DNA from: Chloroflexota bacterium
GTDB lineage: Bacteria > Chloroflexota > Limnocylindria > P2-11E
Direction: 5' to 3'
DNA: 54,355 bases
Assembly: GCA_016183435.1 (NCBI GenBank)
Contig: JACPEQ010000011.1
Coordinates: 1-54,355 of the forward strand
Within the stretch, counting starts at the first letter, position 1. Each line of letters opens with the position of its first letter. Shown piece by piece: positions 20,307 through 29,213 of the stretch. The notes beneath the pieces were generated by a model that saw only the letters and a list, made by a program, of their open reading frames with translations, did not search any database and was not told where the DNA came from. A program made the position numbers and the translations under genes.

Positions 20307-21403
20307 ACGTCGTCACCACGATCACCGGGCTGCCGTTCGTCGGGAAGACGACGCTGTTCGACCTTCTCACCGGGCAGCACGTCGCGACCGGGACGTTCGC
20401 CGGCGCCGAGGCGGAGACGAACGTCGGCGTGGCCAAGGTCCCCGACGAGCGGCTCGACAGGCTCGTCCCGCTCTTCAAGCCGAAGAAGACCACCCACGCC
20501 GAGATCACCTATCGCGACCTCGGCCTCGCGAAGGGCGGGGGAGAGATCAGCACGAAGAAGCTCGGCGACCTACGCACGTCCGACGCGCTGCTGCACGTGG
20601 TGCGGGCGTTCCGTGATCCGACCGTGCCGCATCCGGAGGGCTCGGTCGATCCCGTGCGCGACCTCGCGACGCTCGATCTCGAGCTCGTGGTGTCCGACCA
20701 CTCCGTCGTCGAACGGCGGATCGAGCGGATCGAGCCGGAGATCCGCGGCGCGCGCGCGGGAGGGGAGCGCGAGGCGAAGGAGCGCGAGCGGGACCTGCTG
20801 CGGCGGTGCCTCGCGGCGCTCGACGCGGAGACGCCGCTACGCGAGCTCGACCTCGAGGCGGAGGAGCTGAAGGTACTGCGCGGCTACCGCTTCCTGACGC
20901 TCATGCCGCAGCTGGTCGTCGTGAACCTGGATGAGGCCGACGTCGCCGCTCCGGACGCGACGCTCGCGCCGGTCCGTGCGGCGGCGTCGACGCACCGCTC
21001 GACCGGGGTCGTCCACGTCTGCGCGAAGCTCGAGGCCGAGATCGCCGAGCTGTCACCGGAGGAGGCGACGGCCTTCCGCGAAGAGGCCGGCCTGCACGAG
21101 CCGGCGCTCGACCGCGTGCTGCGCGCGACGTACGACCTGCTCGGGCTCATCTCCTTCTTCACGGTCGGCCCCGACGAATGCCGCGCGTGGACGGTCCGCA
21201 AGGGCGCCACGGCCCCTGAAGCGGCCGGGGCGATCCACTCGGACCTCGAGCGCGGCTTCATCCGCGCGGAGGTCACGAAGTGGGACGACATGCTCCGTGC
21301 CGGCTCCGAGGCGGAGGCGAAGAAACACGCGCTGACGAGAACGATCGGCAAAGACGCGGTCGTGAACGACGGCGAGATCGTCCACGTGCTGTTCAACGTG
21401 TGA
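20303..21403 (+). CDS. ychF: YchF-type (Obg family) GTPase/ATPase, divergent
   Basis: P-loop GLPFVGKTTLFDLLTG and the C-terminal DUF933/TGS-like block ECRAWTVRKGATAPEAAGAIHSDLERGFIRAEV. Confidence 0.85.
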   Translation: MNVVTTITGLPFVGKTTLFDLLTGQHVATGTFAGAEAETNVGVAKVPDERLDRLVPLFKPKKTTHAEITYRDLGLAKGGGEISTKKLGDLRTSDALLHVVRAFRDPTVPHPEGSVDPVRDLATLDLELVVSDHSVVERRIERIEPEIRGARAGGEREAKERERDLLRRCLAALDAETPLRELDLEAEELKVLRGYRFLTLMPQLVVVNLDEADVAAPDATLAPVRAAASTHRSTGVVHVCAKLEAEIAELSPEEATAFREEAGLHEPALDRVLRATYDLLGLISFFTVGPDECRAWTVRKGATAPEAAGAIHSDLERGFIRAEVTKWDDMLRAGSEAEAKKHALTRTIGKDAVVNDGEIVHVLFNV

Positions 21404-21419
21404 TCTCGAGCGTCCCGCT

Positions 21420-22097
21420 CTAGTCCTCGGTCAGGTGGAAGAACTCCTTCCGCAGCTCGGGGTCCTCGGCGTAGAACCCGCGCCACGTCTGGGTCCGCGT
21501 CTTCGGGCTGACCTCACGGACACCGCGCATCTGGGTGCACAGGTGGTGGGCCTCGATGTGCACCGCGACGCCGTGCGCATTCACGAGCGACTGGAGCGCC
21601 TCGGCGATCTGATCGCCCATGCGCTCCTGCACCGTGAAGCGCTTCGCGAACACGCGCACGATCCTGGTCAGCTTCGAGATCCCGATGATCTGCTCGTGGG
21701 CGATGTAGCACACGTACGCCTGTCCGTGGAAGGGGAAGGCGTGGTGCTCGCACAGGGCGAAGAAGGGGATGGGCCCTTCGACGATCTGGTCGACGTGGCA
21801 CGCCGCGCCGCCCTTGCACTCGGTCGGGAAGGCCGTGAGCACCTTGGGGTCACCCTCGTAACCCTCGGTCGCGTCGTAGAGCGCGCGGACGAAGCGGCGC
21901 GGAGTGTCGCGCGTGCCGGGCTCGTCGACGGCCATGCCGAACGCCTCGAAGAGCTCGCGGACATAGCCCTCGAAGGTCGCCCACTGCTCGTCGGAGAGCT
22001 CGCGCCTGCGGACGAGCAGGGGCGAGCGGACCTCCTCGTCGTCCGCGGGCAGATGGGAGTGCGCGACGGCCTGCGGTGGCGTGGCTCCGCGGTCCAC
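21420..22097 (-). CDS. folE: GTP cyclohydrolase I (type 1)
   Basis: ALCEHHAFPFHG, ISKLTRIVRVFAKRFTVQERM and HHLCTQMRGV blocks. The start is assigned to GTG 22097; the longer ORF to 22355 is Arg/Pro-rich and runs into the repeat. Confidence 0.85.
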   Translation of the reverse strand: MDRGATPPQAVAHSHLPADDEEVRSPLLVRRRELSDEQWATFEGYVRELFEAFGMAVDEPGTRDTPRRFVRALYDATEGYEGDPKVLTAFPTECKGGAACHVDQIVEGPIPFFALCEHHAFPFHGQAYVCYIAHEQIIGISKLTRIVRVFAKRFTVQERMGDQIAEALQSLVNAHGVAVHIEAHHLCTQMRGVREVSPKTRTQTWRGFYAEDPELRKEFFHLTED

Positions 22098-22169
22098 TGC
22101 GTCCCAGTATGTCCGCCTGCGAGACTGAGCGTCGTGGTGCCGGACTGAGCGAGCGCGCCCGATCCCTCT

Positions 22170-22332
22170 CGATCGGCCACGTCGCACGGGACGAGTTCCC
22201 CGACGGGGCCCACCGGCTCGGCGGCACGGCGCTCTACGCGGCGGCGACCGCCGCTCATCTGGGCGTCCCGAGCGCTCTCGTGACGCGCGTCGGCCCGAAC
22301 GAGAGGGCCGAGCTGACGCGCACGTGTGCCGA
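22170..22332 (+). repeat. Direct repeat copy 1 (start-less pfkB 5' fragment)
   Basis: 163 nt matching 24864-25026 with one mismatch by my alignment. It encodes IGHVARDEFPDGAHRLGGTALYAAATAAHLGVPSALVTRVGPNERAELTRTCAE but lacks the start region. Confidence 0.95.
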
Positions 22333-22358
22333 ATCCTGAGCGCGCTGCTCTTCAACGT

Positions 22359-22694
22359 CTAGGGAGCGCCGAGGCCGATGACCTCCTCGACGGGCAGCAC
22401 GAAGAGGAACCCGACCCCCGGCTGATCGAGGTCGCCGGCCCGGACCATCGCGCGAACCACCGCCTCGGCGTCGCGTTCCGGCACGACGACGAGCACGATC
22501 TCCTTCTCCGGCTCGACGGCGAGCCCGAGCAGGCCGAGCCGCTCGCGGATACCCAGCCCGCGACCGAAGAACGCGACCGCGCTCTGCGCGCCCGCCTTCA
22601 GCGCGGCCCTGATCGGCCGTTCGGCGCGTCCACGCTGGACGATGGCCACGATCATCCGGCTCGCACCGTTCGCGCCTCGCGCCATGTCGCTCAT
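22359..22694 (-). CDS. PII-like (GlnB superfamily) small signalling protein B
   Basis: 111 aa with the beta-alpha-beta-beta-alpha-beta pattern MIVAIVQRGRAE..AALKAGA....F.GRGLGIRE...PEKEIVLVVV...GFLFVLPVEEV. Its ATG overlaps the upstream stop (ATGA). Confidence 0.8.
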   Translation of the reverse strand: MSDMARGANGASRMIVAIVQRGRAERPIRAALKAGAQSAVAFFGRGLGIRERLGLLGLAVEPEKEIVLVVVPERDAEAVVRAMVRAGDLDQPGVGFLFVLPVEEVIGLGAP

Positions 22695-23032
22695 CGCGCG
22701 TCCTCCCTGATCGCTTCGAGCAGCCCGACGACGTGCGCGACCGGCACCGTGATCACGCGGTCGGATGCTCCGTACCCGTCGGCCGCCGCCCCGACCATCG
22801 CCCGCGCGACATCGCCCGCTATGCCTGGATCGACCACAGTGAGCAGGACCTCCTTCTCGGCCTGGATCGCGAGCCCGGACGCGCCGACCTGCTGATGAGC
22901 GTCGTATCCACGGCCCACGAACACCGTCGCCGCCTGAGCGCCGGCGCGTATCGCCGCGCCCGCGTGGCGGTCACCTTCTCCCCTCGGGACCACGGCGATG
23001 ATGAGCCGCGGGCGGGCGCCGGCCGCGCTCAC
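22691..23032 (-). CDS. PII-like (GlnB superfamily) small signalling protein A
   Basis: 113 aa, RLIIAVVPRGEGDR..AIRAGAQAATVFVGRGYDAHQQ...AEKEVLLTVV...VITVPVAHVVGL. The GTG start overlaps the DUF1538 stop (GTGA). Confidence 0.75.
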   Translation of the reverse strand: MSAAGARPRLIIAVVPRGEGDRHAGAAIRAGAQAATVFVGRGYDAHQQVGASGLAIQAEKEVLLTVVDPGIAGDVARAMVGAAADGYGASDRVITVPVAHVVGLLEAIREDAR

Positions 23033-24717
23033 GGCGAGGGTCCGGTCTGTGGCGACATGGACACCGACCGGTCGTGCTCGAGCACCGCGGAGGGCCGGAC
23101 GCTGGTATGCGACACGACGAGCCCGAGCCCGAGCACGGTGAGGATCGGCCCGATCGAGGCCAGCGCCAGCATGCCGAACGCGTCTGAGACGCCGACGCTC
23201 CCGCCGATCCCGAGTCCCATGGCGAGCACGAGCGGGACCGTGATCGGGCCGGTCGTCACGCCGGCGCTGTCCCAGCCCACGTTCGTGTACTTCTCGTCCG
23301 AGACCGCCGTCACGACCATCAGCGCGAGGTACGGTGGGATCACCAGGACCGCGATCGGGACGTCGAACATGACCTTCGCGATCCCCGCCGCGAGGCCGAG
23401 GCCGACCCCGACCGCGACGGCCTGGATGAGGAGGGTCTTGCGGAAGGCGCCGGCGGTCACCTCCTCGACGGTGATGCCCATCGCGTTGAGCGCCGGCTCC
23501 GCCATCGTGGCCCCATATCCGAGGACGAAGGCGAACGCGACCGTGACCAGACGGCCGCCGACCTCGCCGTACAGCGCGACAGGCGGGGAGAACGCGTTCG
23601 GGACGTTGCTGCCGACCTGCTGGCCGAGCGTGACCAGGCCGGTGCTCAGCCCGAGGTTGAACAGCCCGAGGCCGATGACGGCGAGGATGAGACCGAGCGT
23701 GATCTGGTCGAGTCGGCGCACTCGCTCGCGCAGGACGATGCGCTGGATGACCAGGAGGAACGCTGCCAGCGGGATGACCGCCTGGAGGGCGGACTGCATC
23801 GAGACGAGCATCAGCTCGGCGAGCGACGGAGCCGGACCGCTCGCGGAGGCGGACGGAGCGAGCACGCTCGCCATCGCCGCTCCGCCGCCGACGTAGAAGA
23901 CGGCGAGCGCCAGCGACAGCACCGTCGCGACCGGCCACAGTGACGCGAGCGTCACGATCCCGAAGCCGCTCATCCCGGTGTCCGACCTGCCTAGCACCGC
24001 GGACACGCCCAGGCCGAGCGCGAGCACGAGAGGGACGGTCACCGGTCCGGTCGTGATCCCGCCGGTGTCCCATGCGAGCGCGACGACGTCGCGTGTGTCG
24101 GGATGCATCTGCGCGATCACGGTCAGCGCGAGGCAGCCGGCGAGCGATGGGAACAGCAGCAGCTTCAGGCTCCAGCCGCGCGCGAACCGGTACACACCGA
24201 GCACCGTGGCGATCCCAACTCCGATGCCGATCATGAGGATGAGCAGCGGAGAGCTCCGTCCGAGCAGCTCGTGGAGCAGCGGAGCGTCCTCCGCGCTGAT
24301 GCCCGAGCCGGCTGCTTTGAGCGTGCTGATCGCCGGCTCGGCGTAGGTCGCGCCCAGGCCGATCACGAACGCGATCGCGAGGATCACCCACATCCTCGCT
24401 CGTCGGGGCAGCGTCGCGCCGATGTTCTCGCCGAGCGGCATGAGCCCGAGGCGGAGGCCCTCCATGAAGAACATCAGGCCGAGGATCACGAGGGTCAGTC
24501 CGAGGGCGATGCCGACGGCGCCCGCGACGCTCAGGCGCAGTGCGACCAGCTGGAAGAGGAGGAGGAACAGCGAGATCGGTGCGACCGCGATCACCTGTGC
24601 CTTGATCCGATCCATCACGAACGGGCCGAGGATCGAAAGGACGAGACGCGGTGTGATGGGAATGCGGTAGCGGACCGCGGCCGACCGAGTGTGGTCGGCG
24701 GTGGAATGGGCCTCCAC
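23029..24717 (-). CDS. DUF1538 family integral membrane protein (internally duplicated)
   Basis: Two homologous halves, each with a GATYAEPA / GYGATMAEPA block and a WDTGGITTGPVTVPLVLALGLG / WDSAGVTTGPITVPLVLAMGLG block. The start is taken as GTG 24717 (agggggcagc upstream), with ATG 24615 as an alternative. The ORF-track extension to 24921 runs into the repeat and is Arg-rich. Confidence 0.8.
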   Translation of the reverse strand: MEAHSTADHTRSAAVRYRIPITPRLVLSILGPFVMDRIKAQVIAVAPISLFLLLFQLVALRLSVAGAVGIALGLTLVILGLMFFMEGLRLGLMPLGENIGATLPRRARMWVILAIAFVIGLGATYAEPAISTLKAAGSGISAEDAPLLHELLGRSSPLLILMIGIGVGIATVLGVYRFARGWSLKLLLFPSLAGCLALTVIAQMHPDTRDVVALAWDTGGITTGPVTVPLVLALGLGVSAVLGRSDTGMSGFGIVTLASLWPVATVLSLALAVFYVGGGAAMASVLAPSASASGPAPSLAELMLVSMQSALQAVIPLAAFLLVIQRIVLRERVRRLDQITLGLILAVIGLGLFNLGLSTGLVTLGQQVGSNVPNAFSPPVALYGEVGGRLVTVAFAFVLGYGATMAEPALNAMGITVEEVTAGAFRKTLLIQAVAVGVGLGLAAGIAKVMFDVPIAVLVIPPYLALMVVTAVSDEKYTNVGWDSAGVTTGPITVPLVLAMGLGIGGSVGVSDAFGMLALASIGPILTVLGLGLVVSHTSVRPSAVLEHDRSVSMSPQTGPSP

Positions 24718-24850
24718 GCTGCCCCCTTGGGCCCCCTTCACTTCGGCGCGGAGCCTAGCGGCCCTCCGTACGCTCGGGATACGGGCGAACGGTCGTTCGA
24801 GCGAGCGCGCCGACCGCGCGGGCCTGATGCTTCGCCTCGTGCGGGACCGG

Positions 24851-25687
24851 GTGCGCTTCCTCGCGATCGGCCACGTCGCACGGGACGAGTTCCCCGACGG
24901 GGCACACCGGCTCGGCGGCACGGCGCTCTACGCGGCGGCGACCGCCGCTCATCTGGGCGTCCCGAGCGCTCTCGTGACGCGCGTCGGCCCGAACGAGAGG
25001 GCCGAGCTGACGCGCACGTGTGCCGAGCTTGGCATCGACCTCCGCGCGCTCGACGCGCTCGTCACGACGACGTTCGCCTTCCGCTGGGACGGGACCGGCA
25101 AGCGGATCCTGCGCCTGAAGGCGCGCGCGAAGGCGATCGCGCTCGCCGACGTCCCCGATGACCTGCGCGCGGCCGATGCGCTCGTCCTCGGATCGATCGC
25201 GCGCGAGCTGTCGGAGGACCTGCTGCTCGGCGAGACCGCACGGATCTCGGTGCTCGCCGCGCAGGGTCTCTTGCGGACATGGGACGCGGACGGCACGGTC
25301 CGGCCGGCGACCTGGGACCGCGCCGAGCAGGACATCCGCGCCCTGTCCGCGGTCGTGCTCAGCGACGAGGACGTCGCGGGCGATGCGGGCGCGGTGGCGC
25401 GCTGGTCGGCGGTCGTGCCCGTGGTGCTGACCCTCGCCGATCGGGGCTGCCGCATCTACGAGCGCGGGCATCCGACCGTCGAGCTCCGTGCGTATCCGCC
25501 GGCGCGCATGGTGGACACGACCGGGGCGGGCGACACGTTCGCGGCGGGCCTGGCCGTCGCGCTCGGTGAGGGCCGCGCTCTCGCCGATGCATGCCGGTTC
25601 GCCAATGCCGTCGCGTCCTTCGGGCTCGAAGGGCCCGGCATCGCGGGCCTGGCGACGCGTGAGGCCGTGGAGCGGCGGCTAGGCTAG
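24851..25687 (+). CDS. PfkB-family carbohydrate kinase
   Basis: N-terminal VRFLAIGHVARD and the C-terminal anion-hole motif DTTGAGDTFAAG. The start is GTG 24851, in frame with the track ORF. Confidence 0.85.
   Translation: MRFLAIGHVARDEFPDGAHRLGGTALYAAATAAHLGVPSALVTRVGPNERAELTRTCAELGIDLRALDALVTTTFAFRWDGTGKRILRLKARAKAIALADVPDDLRAADALVLGSIARELSEDLLLGETARISVLAAQGLLRTWDADGTVRPATWDRAEQDIRALSAVVLSDEDVAGDAGAVARWSAVVPVVLTLADRGCRIYERGHPTVELRAYPPARMVDTTGAGDTFAAGLAVALGEGRALADACRFANAVASFGLEGPGIAGLATREAVERRLG
24864..25026 (+). repeat. Direct repeat copy 2 (5' end of the intact pfkB-family gene)
   Basis: See copy 1. A further 13-nt match, gagcgagcgcgcc, lies upstream of both copies (22147 and 24799). Confidence 0.95.
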
Positions 25688-25694
25688 ATCGCGC

Positions 25695-28600
25695 ATGCTG
25701 CGGTGCCCCGTCTGCAACGCCGACAACCCTGAGGCCGCGCGTTTCTGCAACAGCTGCGGGAACCGCCTGCCCGAGCGGAAGACGACGGGCACGTCCGAAC
25801 GCAAGGTCGTGACCGTCCTCTTCTGCGACGTGAAGGGCTCGACCGCGCTGGCGGAGAAGCTCGATCCCGAGGAGTGGACCGAGGTCATCGACGGCGCGTT
25901 CCGGACGCTGACCCCGCCGATCCAGCGCTACGGCGGCACGGTCGCGCGGCTCCTCGGCGACGCGGTCCTGGCGTTCTTCGGCGCGCCGGTCGCGCATGAG
26001 GACGATCCTGAGCGCGCGCTCCGCGCGGGGCTCGAGATGCTCCAGGCGACGGTGGCCTACCGCGAGCGGCTGGTGCGCGAGCGCGGCGCGTCCTTCAGCG
26101 AGTTCGACATCCGCATCGGCATCAACACCGGCCTCGCGGTCATCGGCGACGTCGGCGGCGGCCAGGCGGTCGAGTACACGGGGATGGGGGACGCCGTGAA
26201 CGTCGCCGCGCGGCTGCAGTCGCTCGCGAAGCCCGGGGCCATGCTCGTGTCCGAGCACACCCTGAAGCTCGTTCCGCCGGTCTTCGACTGGGAGCCGGCG
26301 GGCCAGCTCGACCTCACGGGCCGCGAGGGGAAGCTCGAGGCCTTCGTCGTCCGCGGGCTCGCGGCGGCGGTCACGCGCGCGAAGCCGCGCGGGCTCATTA
26401 CGCCGCTCGTCGGTCGCGATCGCGAGATGGCTGCGCTGCGGGACGCGCTCGCCGAGCTGCGTCGCGGCGGCGGCCGCATCGTCTCGGTGATCGGCGACGC
26501 CGGGCTGGGGAAGACCCGCCTCATCGACGAGTTCCGGCGAGAGTGGGAGGCGGCGCCCGTCGACGGCCAGCGCTGGAGCGAAGCGCGCGGGCAGTCGTAC
26601 GAGCAGGCGCGGCCGTACGGCCTCATCCGTCAGCATCTCCTCTCGCTCGGAGGCGCGAGCGAGGCCGACCCGCCCGACGTCATCCGCGGGCGCGTGACGG
26701 CCCTGCTGCCCGAGGAGCGTCGCGCCGACGAGCGGTCCCTCCGCACCCTGGAGGTCTTCCTCGCCGTCGAGCCGGTCGCCGCGACTCCCGGGCCGGAGGG
26801 CCAGGAGCTGCGCGCCGAGCTGCACGCGCTCATGCGCGACGTCGCGCGCGGCCTCGCGGCGTGCCAGGCCGTGTTCGTCTTCGACGACCTGCAGTGGTCG
26901 GATCCCGCGTCCGCCGAGCTGCTGATGGAGACGCTCGAGATCGCTGACGAGCTGCCGGTGCTGTTCATCTGCTCCTTTCGCCCTGACCGCCAGGCGCCGT
27001 CGTGGCGGGTGAAGCAGAAGCTCGAGACGGACTTCCCGCATCGCTCGCGCGAGCTGGTGCTCGAGCCGCTCTCCGGTACGGACAGCGCGTCGCTCCTGGA
27101 CCATCTGCTGCCGGGGCGAGGGGTCCCGGAGGACCTTCGCGAGCTGATCCTCGAGAAGGCCGAGGGGAACCCCATGTTCCTCGAGGAGATCGTGCGGACC
27201 CTCATGGACGATGGGACGATCGTTCGTGACGGAGCGGGCTGGCGGGTCACGCGTGAGGTCGCGGCGATCGCGCTCCCGGGATCGCTGCGGGCGGTGCTCG
27301 CGGCGCGCATCGACCGCCTCGACGCCGATGCGCGCGAGACGCTTCAGGCGGCCTCGGTCATCGGCCGCACCTTCCTGTACCGGATCCTCGCGTCCATTCG
27401 CGAGGCGAGCGCGACGCTCGATCGTCAGCTGCTGGCGCTGCAGCGTCTCGAGCTCGTCCGCGAGCAGGCCCGCGAGCCCGAGCGGGAGTACGCGTTCCGC
27501 CATGCGCTCACCCAGGAGGCCGCGTACGGGTCGATCCTCCAGCGCCGGAGGCGCGAGCTCCACGCGCGCGTCGGGGAAGCGCTCCAGCGGCTCTTCCCGG
27601 ACCGCATGGAGGAGCTGGCGGCGATCGTCGGACACCACTACGCGGAGGCCGGGGACGCCCGCGCGGTCGGGCTCCTGCGCATCGCCGGCGATCGGGCCTC
27701 GCGTCTCTTCGCCGTCGACGACGCGATCATGCACTACCGGCGCGCCGTCTCGCTCCTTCGCCCGGCCGAGGAAGAGCCCGAGCTGCTGTGCGCCATCTAC
27801 GCGAAGTACGGTCGCGCCCTCGAGCTCCAGGGCTCCTATCCCGAGGCGCTCGCGCTTTATCGCGACCTCGAGCGGATCGGCCAGGAGCGCGGCGACCTCG
27901 GCATCGAGGCGGCCGCGCTCTCGAGCCAGATCACGGTGCACTCGAACCCGACGCCGCTCATCGACCCGAAGCGCGCCGCGGAGCTCGCCGAGCGGTCGAT
28001 CGGGGTCGCTCGGAAGCGCGGCGACCGCCGCCTCCTCGCGCGGCTGCTGTGGAACAAGGGGCAGGCGGGCATGTGGCGGGGGGAGCCGGACGCGGGCAGC
28101 GAGGCGGGCATCGAGTCGGTCACGATCGCTCGCGAGATCGGCGACACGGAGCAGCTCGCGTACTCGCTGAACGGGCTCGGGCAGTCGTACCGCGAGCTCG
28201 CGCGCCTCGACGACGCGGAGCGCGTGCTCACGGAGTCGGTCGCGCTCTTCCGCGAGGTGGGGAACCGCGCGATGGAGGCGGACAGCCTGAGCACGCTCGC
28301 GTTCATCCACGTCGGCCGCGGCGACCTCGAGAGGGCGCTCCGGTCAGGCGAAGAGGCGTACCGCATCAGCGACGAGATCGACAACGCGTGGGGCCGCGGC
28401 TACGGGCTGTTCACGCCGTCGTACGTGCACGCCATCCGCGGTGACCTCGGAAAGGCGCTCGACACCTATGAGGAGTGCGTGCGGTGGGCGGAGCTCGGCG
28501 GCTTCTACGCCGCGGTCACCGGCCCCGGGTCGGACCTCGGCTGGCTCTACGTCGCGTGCGGCGACACCGATCGAGGCCTCGCGCACCTCGAGCGGGTCGC

Positions 28601-29213
28601 CGAGCTGTCACGGCGGCAGTTCCCCAGATGGCAGGCGTGGCCGCTCGCGCAGACGGCGAGGGCCCTCCTCCTCGTCGGCCAGGTCGCGCGGGCGAGCCAG
28701 GTGCTCGCCACCGCGAAAGAGGTCGCCGCCGAGGGTGAGAGCGGGCCGCGCCGCCGAGAGGTGTTCATGGCCACGTACCTGTCGCTGGCGTCGGCGGAGC
28801 TCGCGCTCGCGGCCGGGCGCTTCGGCGAGGCCGCGAGGGTCGCCGCCGAAGGGGCCGTCCAGCTCGCTGCGCTCAAGGTCCGCCCGGACACGCTCGAGTT
28901 CTACCTGCTCGAGGCCGAGGCGCGCGTCTCCGCGGGTGACCTGTCCGGGGCCGAGGCAGCGATCGCGCGCGCACAGGAGAACGCCGACGCGCTCGGTGCT
29001 CGGGCGCAGGTGTGGCGGATCCTCGCGGTCCGCGCACGCGTGGCCGAGTCGCGCGGACAGGCCGATGCGGCGATGCGCCACTGGCGGGACGCCGCCGCCG
29101 CCGCCGAGGAGATCGCGGCCACGCTGCGCCCGCGGGGTCTCGACGATCGCTTCCGGGCCCGGCCCGACGTGAGCGCGGTCCTGTCACGGGCCCGGGTCGC
29201 TCCCGGGCGATGA
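25695..29213 (+). CDS. Zinc-ribbon / class III adenylate-guanylate cyclase / AAA(STAND) ATPase / TPR multidomain protein
   Basis: CPVCNADNPEAARFCNSCG ribbon, cyclase block VVTVLFCDVKGST..GDAVLAFFG..IGINTG, P-loop GDAGLGKTRL, and a long C-terminal TPR-like repeat region. Confidence 0.85.
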   Translation: MLRCPVCNADNPEAARFCNSCGNRLPERKTTGTSERKVVTVLFCDVKGSTALAEKLDPEEWTEVIDGAFRTLTPPIQRYGGTVARLLGDAVLAFFGAPVAHEDDPERALRAGLEMLQATVAYRERLVRERGASFSEFDIRIGINTGLAVIGDVGGGQAVEYTGMGDAVNVAARLQSLAKPGAMLVSEHTLKLVPPVFDWEPAGQLDLTGREGKLEAFVVRGLAAAVTRAKPRGLITPLVGRDREMAALRDALAELRRGGGRIVSVIGDAGLGKTRLIDEFRREWEAAPVDGQRWSEARGQSYEQARPYGLIRQHLLSLGGASEADPPDVIRGRVTALLPEERRADERSLRTLEVFLAVEPVAATPGPEGQELRAELHALMRDVARGLAACQAVFVFDDLQWSDPASAELLMETLEIADELPVLFICSFRPDRQAPSWRVKQKLETDFPHRSRELVLEPLSGTDSASLLDHLLPGRGVPEDLRELILEKAEGNPMFLEEIVRTLMDDGTIVRDGAGWRVTREVAAIALPGSLRAVLAARIDRLDADARETLQAASVIGRTFLYRILASIREASATLDRQLLALQRLELVREQAREPEREYAFRHALTQEAAYGSILQRRRRELHARVGEALQRLFPDRMEELAAIVGHHYAEAGDARAVGLLRIAGDRASRLFAVDDAIMHYRRAVSLLRPAEEEPELLCAIYAKYGRALELQGSYPEALALYRDLERIGQERGDLGIEAAALSSQITVHSNPTPLIDPKRAAELAERSIGVARKRGDRRLLARLLWNKGQAGMWRGEPDAGSEAGIESVTIAREIGDTEQLAYSLNGLGQSYRELARLDDAERVLTESVALFREVGNRAMEADSLSTLAFIHVGRGDLERALRSGEEAYRISDEIDNAWGRGYGLFTPSYVHAIRGDLGKALDTYEECVRWAELGGFYAAVTGPGSDLGWLYVACGDTDRGLAHLERVAELSRRQFPRWQAWPLAQTARALLLVGQVARASQVLATAKEVAAEGESGPRRREVFMATYLSLASAELALAAGRFGEAARVAAEGAVQLAALKVRPDTLEFYLLEAEARVSAGDLSGAEAAIARAQENADALGARAQVWRILAVRARVAESRGQADAAMRHWRDAAAAAEEIAATLRPRGLDDRFRARPDVSAVLSRARVAPGR

